Positions 37,352-48,713 of a DNA stretch of 64,000 nucleotides are shown piece after piece; within the stretch, counting starts at the first letter, position 1, and each line of letters opens with the position of its first letter. A model generated the notes under the pieces. The model worked only from the letters and a program-made list of their open reading frames with translations. It made no database searches and was not told the origin of the DNA. Both the position numbers and the translations under genes were made by a program. Source of the DNA: Eutreptiella sp. 'Long Island Sound 2002' (Eukaryota > Protista > Euglenida); the NCBI GenBank assembly GCA_964036045.1, contig OZ038378.1, forward strand, positions 165,292,001-165,356,000. Reading direction: 5' to 3'.

Positions 37352-39072
37352 CACATCAGGTATTGGAGTCCCACAGCAGGTATTTGAGTCACACATCAGG
37401 TATTTAAGTCATACATCAGGTATTTGAGTCAGACATCAGGTGTTTGAGTCAGGCATCAGGTATTTGAGTCAGACATCAGGTATTTGAGTTAGGCATCAGG
37501 TATTTGAGTCAGGCATCAGGTATTTGAGTCAGACATCAGGTATTTGAGTTAGGCATCAAGTATTTGAGTCACACATCGGGTAGTTGAGTCAAACATCAGG
37601 TATTTGAGTCAGGCATCAGGTACTTGAGTCACACATCAGGTATTTGAGTCAAAAATCAGGTATTTGAGTCACACATCAGGTATTTGAGTCACACATCAGG
37701 TATTTGAGTCACACATCAGGTATTTGAGTCAGGCATCAGGTATTTTAGTCAGGCATCAGGTACTTGAGTCACACATCAGGTATTTGATTTACAAATCAGG
37801 TATGTGAGTCGGGCATCAGGTATTCCAGTCATGCATCAGGTATTTGAGTCAGGCATCAGGTATTTGAGTCAGGCATCAGGTATTTGAGTGAGGCATCAAG
37901 TATGTGAGTCACACATCAGGTATTTGAGTCACACCTCAGGTATTTGTATCACACATCTGGTATCTGAGTCACACATCGGGTATTTGAGTCACTTATCAGG
38001 TATTTGAGTCACACATCAGGTATTTGAGTCACACACCAGGTATTTGAGTCACACCTCAGGTATTGGTATCACACATCTGGTATCTGAGTCACACATCGGG
38101 TATTTGAGTCACTTATCAGGTATTTGAGTCACACATCAGGTATTTGAATCACACATCAGGTATTTGAGTCACACATGAGGTATTTGAGTCACACATCAGG
38201 TATGTGAGTCAGGCATCAGGTATTTGAGTCGGGCATCAGGTATTTGAGTCGGGCATCAGGTATTTGAGTCAGGCATCAGGTACTTGAGTCACACATCAGG
38301 TATTTGAGTCAAAAATCAGGTATTTGAGTCACACCTCAGGTATTTGAGTCACACATCAGGTATTTGAGTCACACATCAGGTATTCGAGCCAGGCATCAGG
38401 TATTTGAGTCGGGCATCAGGTATTTGAGTCACACATCAGGTATTTGATTTACAAATCAGGTATGTGAGTCAGGCATCAGGTATTCCAGTCATGCATCAGG
38501 TATTTGAGTCAGGCATCAGGTATTTGAGTCAGGCATCAAGTATGTGAGTCACACATCAGGTATTTGAGTCACACCTCAGGTATTTGTATCACACATCTGG
38601 TATCTGAGTCACACATCGGGTATTTGAGTCACTTATCAGGTATTTGAGTCACACATCAGGTATTTGAGTCACACATTAGGTATTTGAGTCACACACCAGG
38701 TATTTGAGTCACACCTCAGGTATTGGTATCACACATCTGGTATCTGAGTCACACATCGGGTATTTGAGTCACTTATCAGGTATTTGAGTCACACATCAGG
38801 TATTTGAATCACACATCAGGTATTTGAGTCACACATCGGGTATTTGAGTCAGGCATCAGGTATTCGAGTCACACACCAGGTATTTGAGTCAGGCATCAGG
38901 TATTTGAGTCAGGCATCAGGCATTTGAGTCAGGCATCAGGTATTTCAGTCAGGCATCAGGTATTTGAGTCAGGCATCACGTATTTGAGTGAGGCATCAGG
39001 TATTTGAGTCAGGCATCAGGTATTTCAGTCAGGCATCAGGTATTTGAGTCAGGCATCAGGTATTTGAGTCAC
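37352..39072. repeat. 20-bp satellite, right block (about 86 units)
   Basis: Same unit and orientation as the left block. Confidence 0.97.
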
Positions 39073-40372
39073 CTATAATTTTAGCAGCTTTTTGTTTCCA
39101 AAATTCAAAATCATGCATTTTCAGAACTGTGATATCAAATTGTACACAGTAGTACTGTTGTTTTTGTGTCTTCTCAAATTTTTAACAAAATTATGCTGTC
39201 GCTGGAGCTGGAGCCGCAGATAAACTGTCACCAACTGCCGCGTACGCGAGTTTCAGATTCCCGACCGCCGTGCGCAATAGGAAATTGCGAAAAAGTCCAC
39301 TTTTTTGCGCAGTTGGAAGCAAAATAAAGGCATCAGCGTTTTCTGAGATCAACACCTTGCTGCTGACGTACAAAAATACAGATTGGCAGGCACATATTTT
39401 GAGAAATTCACACTATTCTAGCCAAACACGACTTTTTGTCATGGTTCTAGGGTCTATGGAGGCCATGTAGAGGGCCTTACAGGGCTGTAAGAGGTGGTAT
39501 AGAGGTGATATATGATCAAATTGTCATCACCGTTGGTAGAGGCCTACATGACAAGCAATCGTTTGCCTTTATTCGAGGCCATTCATCCCTTTCTCCTGCA
39601 CCATGGGGCCCAATATCCATATGGTTCATAGGTAGGGTTTTGATCACCTATCACCGTCCACACACATGTTTGGGGCTTGGGTTGGTATTGTATGCATTTG
39701 AATGAAAGGAACTACATAAAATATGATAGTATGTGCATAAGAATGGGATGAAAGATGAACATTTGAGGTGTTTTTGGCCCTATTTTGCACCGTTTGTGGT
39801 CCATTTCCATATGGTTCATAGGCAGGCTTTTGCGTGCCTTTATGGTTGGAACTTGGTGTGGACACATTGAGATCACAACAAACTGTTGACCTTGACTTTG
39901 ACAGCCCAACTCAACCTGTAGAGCTAATATTCATCCTAGAGTTGACTTGCATGTTGACTTGCATGTTGCCCGGAAAATAGCTTTGTGTTTATGGGCAGAT
40001 CCAGAACACTGCGCACCGCATGGCAACCATGCAAACCTTAGCACCCACTTCTGTCTTATGCAGAACATTCTTTGTCTTTGTCTGCTCATCAATCCTCACC
40101 AATCCTGAACTACCCTGCAAACTCACCCACCCACCTCTTAACAACTCTTCTTTGCCCTAGTGACCTAGATTGAAAGTGATGATTTATTAATTAGATGAAA
40201 AATTAAAAAAACAAAAAGTAATGTCGAGTGTCATTTTATACATTGGTGCTGGTAACCCTCCCCCAAATCCCAGAGGGAAAATGAAAGCCAAACCCATATT
40301 CACCTTGCTCATCAGTCCTCACCACTCCTTAACTACGCTGCAGAACCTCACCCACCTCTTAACTCTTTGCAG

Positions 40373-40589
40373 GCGCTCAGCGTCTCCCGGCCGCGCGGTG
40401 CCGCGCAACGTGCCCACGTGCCGGATCCCGGGCTGTCCCCGCGTGGGATGGCCGTACTGCGCATTCCACCAGTGCCCCGGCTGCGAACAGCGGAAACGCT
40501 CGTTCGCCCCTACGTGTGGTGCCCCAGCGTGTCGGCGGCGCCTGAGCGATTGTTACAGGCTGCTGGACTTTGGCACCCAGACCGATTAG
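40373..40589 (+). CDS. Terminal exon encoding a Cys/His-rich zinc-binding-like motif (CRIPGCPRVGWPYCAFHQCPGC...CGAPAC)
   Basis: Acceptor CTCTTTGCAG|G (AG 40371-40372). High GC3 in this frame. TAG at 40587-40589. Confidence 0.6.
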
Positions 40590-40937
40590 GTATCCCACCA
40601 GTGATAGGCAAACACGGCATCTGTCCCACTATTTTTTTTTGGCCTTGTTTTTTTATTTGTGAAAGATGAACCCGAGCAGACCCATCTAGCCGTTGGCCCA
40701 TGGTGGTCTCATTTGAAGTGATGCACTGGGGACACACACAGTGTCAGAGAAATGCCGGGAGAACCCAGAGAACCCAGTATTTTCGTGTGAAAGTGTTTGA
40801 AGGGTGAATAGGACAGCGGTCAAGGGCAAACTGGGGAGCCTTAGTGTCAGACTCGCCTGTTGTTCCAGGGCATCAACTACCCCATTCCCTGCATTAACTG
40901 CAATCTGCCACCGAATCCTTGACCTCTGTGACAACCC

Positions 40938-41340
40938 AGGCAGTTTGTGGCAATGAACAGGCAATCTGTGGCAATGAACAGGCAGTCTGTGGCAATGAAC
41001 ACGCAGTTTGTGGCAATGAGGCAGTCTGTGGCAATGAACAGGCAGTCTGTGGCAATGAACAGGCAGTCTGTGGTAATGAACAGGCAGTCTGTGGCAATGA
41101 ACAGGCAGTCTGTGGCAATGAACAGGCAGTCTGTGGCCATGAACAGGCAGTTTGTGGCAATGAACAGGCAATCTGTGGCAATGAACAGGCAGTCTGTGGT
41201 AATGAACAGGCAGTCTGTGGCAATGAACAGGCAGTCTGTGGCAATGAACAAGCAATCTGTGGCAATGAACAGGCAGTTTGTGGCAATGAACAGGCAGTTT
41301 GTGGCAATGAACAGGCAGTCTGTGGCAATGAACAAGCAGT
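40938..41340. repeat. 21-bp tandem repeat TGTGGCAATGAACAGGCAGTC (about 19 units), possibly coding CGNEQAV heptads
   Basis: Units read directly. One unit has a 3-nt deletion. Confidence 0.9.
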
Positions 41341-42549
41341 GGCACGATGCCAAATGAGGTTAGAAGCAGGACCCCTGGGTTGGGTATGCGCGGCTGGGCA
41401 GCAGCAGTGAAACAACCCACCAACAGCGCCAAGCAGACAACGTGAAAACCTACATGGCCATTTGCGATCCATATGGATGCATGTCAACGTTTTACCCACT
41501 TATGCCACCCATTGACCATATAGACCGCCAGAAGGGAGTGCTGGCTGGTCGCGGGCATGGTCGTGTGGGCAATGGTTGGGTGTGTCGGGTGGCTGCCTGC
41601 GTGGGATACGCCGTGGGGGTTCACACCCACCGTCGTGTGGCTCGACGTGTGCTGCCTGTATTGAGGTGGGGCTTACCCAGGGCTTCTTTAGAAACCAAGG
41701 GGGGGGGGGGGGCTCCCCCAAAACCCCCTCCCCCCCTCCCCAGACCAAAGTGACCATCGTGGGAAAAAACGAAATTTACAATCGGGAAAATCTGATCGGG
41801 CCATTTTTGGTACACCAAGTTTTGGGTCCAAAACCCCCCCCCCCCCTCCCCCCCCCTGCTCAAAAGAAGCCCTGGGCTTACCTCACCTTAATCCAGTCTC
41901 ATCCCCCTCCTCTTCCATTGCATCCCCGGGTGTGTGGCTCACCAAGTCCGGACCCAGCAGCATGAGCCTGTCATGGGGGGAGTATTAGCGCGCCAGGCAT
42001 GTTTTTTTGACACCACCCGTGCCTGTGTTTTTGCCCCCCCTCACAGCGAGAGCAGAGATGTGTGCGACGCATTCCTGCACCACATCTCCTCCCTGGCGCC
42101 CAACGGGGGTGAGCTGCCACAATGGGGCGTGCTCCGCGATGACCCCCGAAAAACCGGGGCGTATGGCGCTTGATCCACCAGACCTCTCCTCGAGGTAGTG
42201 CTCTGTTCACATGCGGTCCAGGCCTCATTCCAATGCATCAGCAGGGGTCCCTGGGGTTTTGCAGTCCAACGTGAACGAACCACACATGGGCATCACCGTT
42301 ACAAACCACGTGAGTCTCAAACAACACGGATCCCAGGGAGTGGTACCCCCCCGCCGCCTTTGCAACCCCCCCCCCCCAATATCAGGCCAGAACCCCCCTT
42401 GGGGATCAATGGTCGATTCTGATAGACTGAATGTCCCCGCCATAGACAATTTCAGGCATTAGTCTAGCATTTGGGGGATCAGTGGTCGGTAACGATTGAC
42501 TGAATGTCCCCGCCATAGACGAAACAATCTGAAGAACCTTCTCGCCGTG

Positions 42550-42799
42550 TCTAGGAACCTGGCCCATCCTCTGCACCCAGTTTATGATGATGGCAAGGGT
42601 GGTGGTTGGAAGTGGTGGGGGTGACATTTTGTGTTGTTGAACTCTCATATTTCGGCTGATGCAACGTGCTTTGCCCGGAAGGTTTGCGGTCTAGTGTGGT
42701 CTACTTGGGGGACTTCCCTCGGTGAGGATGAACTTGGGGCTAGAGCCAGGATGCTTAATACAAAGGTAGGGCACTGGGCGCGCGCCGGGCAAACGTTCC
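42550..42799 (+). repeat. About 250-bp interspersed repeat, copy 1
   Basis: Closely similar to 54531-54779 (GGCCCATCCT...TTTATGATGATGGCAAGGGTGGTGGTTGGAAGTGG...CCGGGCAAAC). A similar 3' piece lies at about 60720-60775. Confidence 0.85.
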
Positions 42800-42994
42800 C
42801 ATGCCGTCCCTCTTCACCTCAACAGAAGCCCCAGTGCACACTGCGCCCTGGGACCGCTGCGCGGGTTGCCGCGCGTTCCCTCGGCCTGGGCACACCGCCG
42901 GGACAGCGCCTGCGTCTTCGACGCACTCCCTGGCCCCTGCCTTCGCTGTTGCCGCAACGCCGTACCATTCCCGTGCACCCCCGCATTGCAGGCC

Positions 42995-43308
42995 GCAGCA
43001 CCTTCTCCCGTACCTCGAAGAGGCCGGGTGGCGCATCACCCGCACGGCGCCGGATGGATACCCGTGGATGGCCTCGGAGGTGGTGGCGGCTCTGCCGCCT
43101 CAGCGTGCGAGTGGCCGTGATGACGCGGCGGCCCCGGTCTCGGATATGAAGGCAGCACCTTCTCCCGTATCTCGAAGAGGCCGGGTGGCGCATCACCCGC
43201 ACGGCGCCGTATGGATACCCGTGGATGGCCTCGGAGGTGGTGGCGGCTCTGCCACCTCGGCGTGCGAGTGGCCGTGATGACGCGGCGGCCCCGGTCTCGG
43301 ATATGAAG
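42995..43308. repeat. 157-bp tandem duplication
   Basis: GCAGCACCTTCTCCCGTA... starts at 42995 and again at 43152, with only a few mismatches. Confidence 0.9.
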
Positions 43309-44313
43309 GCAACCGACACGGGCTGAGGCTCATCGTACACGGGTCTGGCAGCGCCCTCCACCACGGGATGAGACGACGCGGTGAAGCCGAGCCTCTTGCG
43401 CATTGAACGCATCCGACCCTCTATTCCCTGCAGCGTCCTTCCAGCTCGCGGGGTGAACGACACCCTGGCGCTCAGGACAAGTGTGCGTTCCTGCTAACCC
43501 GGGTTCGAACTGGGTACCGCCAATTCAGGCGTCAGATCCATGACGGCTGAGTTATGTGTCCTTTTGTTCACAACACTTTGTTGGGGAAGCGCTGAGGGGA
43601 GGGAGGAAGCCCCCCACCTCACCTCACCTCACCAACAGCGCCTCGTGCACATCGCATCTCGGGGGAGTTTCCGACCCGTGGACCCTGCTGACCCATTTGG
43701 TTTGTTGTAAATAGAAACGGCTTTTCTTGTGGTGACCTGATCTGAGCCGACTGCAGTCGGGAGACAAGGGCTGGGGCACAAACGTGGGGGGAACGGGGGC
43801 TGCAGTTGTGAGGGTCCGAGTGGAACGTTCGCCCCACTCAGTGCAGGCGGCGTCCACTGCCTTGCAGGCGTGGGCAGTCTTCGCGTTCAGTTATTCCGAA
43901 ACAATTGTCGTGGGGATACGGGGGGATCGGTCTGGGAAACTTGGCTTCAGTAAATTCGTTCTCCCGGACTATAAAGTGTTGGTTGGGGGGGGTGGGGGGG
44001 GGCAGTGGGGGCTCTGAGGAAGAGGGGGCGGCGGCAAAGACAAACCCCTCGTCCAAGAAGTGCTGCAGCCAGCGGACATTCATGGAGCCCCCTCCCAGTG
44101 TCACTTGCACCGTCGCCCCTGTGCCGCAACTTGCACACTTCATGTTGCCACATTTGCAGTGCATCATATCCGATACTGCTCCACACATCACGTGGACAGT
44201 GAACGAATCAGCCGTGAGAACTGCCGAACGTTGCTGCACAGGCATACCAGGACGTGCATGCGTGGAGCGCTCTTTGACCTGCGTGCGGCCCCCGTAAGAG
44301 CCCCCCCTCCCCC

Positions 44314-44585
44314 CAGTGATGTATTAGAACGGCCGTAGGAGGAAGGGGGGCTACCCCCCCTCCTGGAGCCCCCCCCGCCCCCTTCCGTTCCAATGTTTGA
44401 GGCGGACAGCCAAATTTTTGCTTCGGCGCCTTCGGTGCCAAGAGGATTTAAGCTTCGAAATTGTTCGGCCCGCGTTCGGCGGGGACCACAGGGGGACCCT
44501 GGGAGGAGGGGGGGTCCCAGCCAACCCGCCCCCCCCCCTTCACAGCCCACCCGCCCCCCCCTCCCCCCCTTCTAATGCATCCCTG
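44314..44585. mobile_element. MITE-like element with about 16-bp imperfect TIR (CAGGGATGCATTAGAA type)
   Basis: Left CAGTGATGTATTAGAA versus right TTCTAATGCATCCCTG. Flanks are poly-C, so the TSD is unresolved. Confidence 0.65.
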
Positions 44586-44978
44586 CCCCCTCCCCTCCTG
44601 TAAGGGATCCGGGATGGGACGCCCCCCCCCCCCCCCGGTTGACAGCGTGAGCAGGAGACCCCGGCTTGAAATCCGGGTGGTCCGGTGTCGTTGAGGAAAA
44701 TGCCCGAGGGGACGTGTTCCTCTTTGCGACCGGTACACATTGCTCTGGAGCTCTGGACGTGAAACCTGCCCCAAACGCTGCCCTTTGCGTGCCCCGTGCG
44801 GGACGACTCTGCCCAGGGGGAGTGGTCGTGCGGAATGCAAGTCTGGACCCTCACGTGTGCATCCTGCTGAAACACTGATGCGGAAACGTTCCATGAAAAG
44901 TAAAGTACTCTGCAGCCACATTTGTGTGTACTGCCCCAAATGCCTACGCATGTGGCGGTGAGAGCGTGGGGGCCCCAG

Positions 44979-45264
44979 CTGAGTTTTTCTTAACAACTCA
45001 GCATCTCCTGGAAGGGGGGGGGGAATCTGACACCACCCACCCACCCCCCTCGGACCCCCCCCCACCCCCACCCCCCTCTTAAGTGATTGGGCAAATTTTT
45101 CTCCGGGTCTTCGGGCAATCACAAATTGTCTCTGGCGCCTTCGGCGCAAGTCAGTTTAGGCCAAAAAACTTCTTCGGCCCCTCTAACAACTCAGGGTCTT
45201 CTGAGGGGGGGGCTCCCCCCCACAGCCCCCCTTGGACCCCCCCCCCCTTTTAAGCAAAACTCTG
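44979..45264. mobile_element. hAT-like MITE (286 bp) with 8-bp TSD GGCCCCAG
   Basis: TSD at 44971-44978 and 45265-45272. 15-bp imperfect TIR CTGAGTTTTTCTTAA / TTAAGCAAAACTCTG. Confidence 0.88.
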
Positions 45265-45280
45265 GGCCCCAGTGCTTCAG

Positions 45281-45688
45281 AAATGCGACAAGATGTTGGC
45301 TCTGGTGTCGGCGGAGTACTTTGAGCGCCTGTGGACGGTGTACGAGCTTGCCACGTTTTGCAAGGCGAACCAGCAGCAGCTGAGCTCGAAGCCGCTGGTG
45401 CTCTCGCTGGAGTGGCCCAGCTCGCTCTACCCGTTCAAGCGCAAGGGGCTCAGCAATCGCGAGATTGCGTGGCTGTCCAATTTCCGCTGCCGCAACGCAC
45501 GCTGCTACAAGCCGAGCGACCGCGCACTGCTGCTGGCGGCGATCCGCTCCAAATGGGGATCGGAGGCCGCGTTCGATGATTTCGTGCGGACGGAGCTGCT
45601 GGAGGTGATGCGGGTGTCCAAGGCGCGGTACCAACAGCAGCTGTGGGACACGGCGGGGCGCAACTTCGAGCTTGTTTTCGGGGACTGA
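45281..45688 (+). CDS. Terminal exon of a protein with a TIR-like domain C-terminal half
   Basis: Acceptor GTGCTTCAG|AAA. Strong GC3. KCDKMLALVSAEYFERLWTVYELATF resembles the LVLxSxxYFxRLWCxYEL motif of protist TIR-like proteins, followed by ARCYKPSDRALLLAAIRSKWGSEAAFDDFVR. TGA at 45686-45688. Confidence 0.75.
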   Translation, partial: KCDKMLALVSAEYFERLWTVYELATFCKANQQQLSSKPLVLSLEWPSSLYPFKRKGLSNREIAWLSNFRCRNARCYKPSDRALLLAAIRSKWGSEAAFDDFVRTELLEVMRVSKARYQQQLWDTAGRNFELVFGD

Positions 45689-46569
45689 GTCGACTGGGGG
45701 CCCTGGGCCGTGGAAGGCGGGGCATGTGCATGCGCGTTGCTGTATTCAGCTGCTGCCGCTCCCACTGTGCAATGTCGGAGCTGGTGGCTGTTGTTGTAAC
45801 AACCCCTGCCCCCCCCCCTTCATTCTGCAGCACTTGAGCTCTGTGGTTCTGGTAGTAGTTGTTGTTAGCATCGCATTCTGATTCCCCAGAAAATGTCACA
45901 TATGGCCTTCTGGCCACATATATATGGCCATATGGTCTTATGGCCCTCTGTCCAAAGGCACCTGCTCAATCTCCAACGTCTCAGCACTTTTTTTGCGTAC
46001 GTGACACTCAACAGCTCAAGAGTGTTTCCCGGAGCCCCGGTGGCTCCCACCTCCGCTCCATTTTGCAGTGGTGGTGTGTGCCATGAAGGCTCCATGGAGC
46101 CCTGTATGGCGCCCACCGTCGACACGGCGCTTTCGTAGCAGGCCATCAGACGGACTCGCAGGATCGGGATGACATTCAGCTTCTGCTCTCTCGTCGTCGC
46201 CTTTGACAAGCTCCAGCCCTGTTCTTGGTGGGCCACACATTCCCATACCACATGGTCCGGCTTGCCGTCCCTCAACATGTTTGTTTATCTTCAGTCGGCA
46301 GGTTCTGCTGTCATCCAAATGCATGATTTTCCCCTCCCAAGGTCAATGTACGAACCCTCCCCCCCCACCAAGCCTTTTTTTAGTGGCTTGCACACCCTCC
46401 CCCAGGGGGGGTGCCTGCCTGCCTTTTTGGAAATTCTGGGTGCCCTCAGCGGAATCACCCCCCCCCCCCCCCCGGTGGGGGTAGGCCAAGAGTGGGTTGG
46501 CCTTTTTTGGGGAAAATATTTGTAAGCAAAATTTTCATTCTGCCCCTGAGCAGCAGCCGGTCAGATCTG

Positions 46570-46640
46570 GTCAGTACCCTAGCGGTACTACGTTACACCT
46601 GCGGTCCAGAGGTCGTGGGTTCGAATCCTGGCGCCATGGT
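46570..46640 (+). repeat. tRNA-derived SINE-like head
   Basis: Consensus B-box GGTTCGAATCC at 46618-46628. Degenerate A-box and no full cloverleaf. Confidence 0.5.
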
Positions 46641-47224
46641 GTTAGCGTGCCCGTGTCAGTACGTTGCGCCAGGCTGAGATTTTGTAAGGCAATAGATTCA
46701 AAGTGAAATATCTATACCACTCCTGAGCTGACCTTCACGACTTGATGCATTGCGTGTGGTTTGATATTGGGTAGGTACTGTGGACAAGGCGGTGAGTGGG
46801 TGCCTGCCTCCTTGACTGGACCCCCCCCCCCCCTAGGGTAGGGGTAGGACAAAAGCAGTGCCTGCCCTGAAAAAGTGCCTGCCTCCTCCAAGATTTCACC
46901 CCCCCCCCCCTCCCCCGTATCACAAAAAAGGCTTGCCCCCCACACACACACATCACACACACATTGTGCTTTGCCGCATGTCTAGCCTCCTTCTCCCAAA
47001 AGGGGTGACATCACTGTGTTTAATGCCAGAACGCAAACTCAGGACACCGCTCTGTCTCCTCTGCATCGTGGCCGCTCCTTCTGCGTATCTTTGCTCACAG
47101 CCAACGCCCTAATGCGTTGTGTCAGGCTGATTATCACCACTGGACTGCTGCCAGGGCATTGAGGAGCTGTGACCAAAGATCATTGTGGGACCCAACTCAG
47201 TTTGGGAGGATTCAATGATTGACT

Positions 47225-48215
47225 GACCATGGGACCATGTTCTGCCTCATTTTTGGAAGACGGCTGATGCAAGCGACACACCCCCCACGCAAGATGAGGG
47301 GGGGGATGAGGCTGATGTTTGTGCATTGTGTTGCCAAAAGCGCCCCACCACACTTTGTGGTCAGTGCTATGAGCATTATTGTGCTGATTCTATTCACCTG
47401 CACACTTGTGGGGACAGCACTGTCTGCCAGGGAGGCTTCTCTAGGGGAGGGTAAAACTGGGTAAAACAGGAAGTAGTGCGCAGTCAGATGGCTCCTCGTT
47501 GTCACGTTGTCTTGTTGTCCTGACCGCGCACCCAGGCGCTGTATGCGGGGCCCGGGGGGGGCGACTCCGCGGGTTCCAGGACGCCAACTACCCCTGCCCC
47601 CCCCCCCCCCCCCTAGGGGCCTTCGGCCAACAGTTAGTTGCCAAAGGTGTTGCCCTCAGGCATCCATGGGCGCCAAAGGCGCCTGATGCTCCATGAACAC
47701 CAAAGGTGCCCTAAGGCAAATTTTATCCAATTTGCACCTCAACACTATCCTTAAACCCAAACTTGACTCTAACGCCCACCCCCAACACTCAGCCTACTCC
47801 TATCCCTACACCTAACCCTAACCCTAACCCTAGCTCTCACCCTAGGCTAGGGTCAGAGTGAGTGATGGGGTCCAAAATGGAGAGCAATGATGTGGCAAAA
47901 GCAGCCATGAACGAAATTTGGGGCATCTTGTTCAGCCCAATCAACATGGCTGGCATGGCCAAACTAGCTAGCTGCAAAGGTTAGGGTTAGTTTTATGGTG
48001 ATGGTATGGTTAGAGGGAGGGCAAGGGGAGGTAAGGGGAGCCTGTGCCCCCCCCCCCCCCACACCCCAAATTGCCCCACCTGGATCCCCCCCCCCCCACC
48101 CCAACTTGCCCCACCTGGACACCCCCCCCCCAACGGACCCTCCCGAACCCCCCCCCCCCCCAAGCCCCTCCTAGACCCCCCCCCATTCGCCCCTCCTTGA
48201 CCCACCCCCCTCCCA

Positions 48216-48249
<34 letters not shown>

Positions 48250-48713
48250 GGGGCCTCCGGCCAACAGTTAGTTGGGGGGGTAGTTGGCGTCCAGAACCGA
48301 GGGGTCGCCCCCCCCAGGATGCGGGGGTTTCCAATCCAGCTGCCAAGGGACGTTTTGAGATATGCAGTACAGGCTGTGTGTTTCACTGACACTGCCTTTG
48401 AACGCTGCTGTCATCTGTTGTCGTGTGCTTCTTCGATTCATTACCGCTGCATTGTACACATAATTGTGATGACCAGTTCAAGAAAGGTGCCTGCCTATTT
48501 ATATGCATGTTTTGTGTGCACTGGCGTTATTTGGTTGACGGTCATTTGTGCCTTTGCTGTTTTGTGTTTCATGCCGCACCAACCGTTGTGGCACTGTCGG
48601 AGATGCATTTCTTTCGCAAGTACCCCCCTTGTCCAAAGCCAGGACTGGATGCTGCTGTTCATTGTAGTGGACAGCCATAGTGCAATTGTGCCAGTGGATC
48701 GGTCGGCACATGT
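47225..48713 (+). repeat. Copy A of an about 730-bp duplicated segment, interrupted by a MITE
   Basis: Collinear with 51094-51823 once 47551-48326 is removed. Confidence 0.9.
47551..48318. mobile_element. 768-bp MITE with about 45-bp TIR and 8-bp TSD ATGCGGGG
   Basis: TSD at 47543-47550 and 48319-48326. TIR CC(C/T)GGGGGGGGCGAC...GGACGCCAACTACCCC. The empty site (single ATGCGGGG) is at 51429-51436. Confidence 0.92.

Noticed and set aside
34719-39072. CRISPR array in the 20-bp repeat
   Set aside because: Head-to-tail satellite without spacers, in a eukaryotic context.
44940-45280. The MITE as an insertion into coding sequence, or as a nonconventional intron of the TIR-like gene
   Set aside because: Removing it gives NAYACGGESVGAPVLQ upstream, which does not resemble the expected family sequence. 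A normal AG acceptor at 45280 explains the exon.
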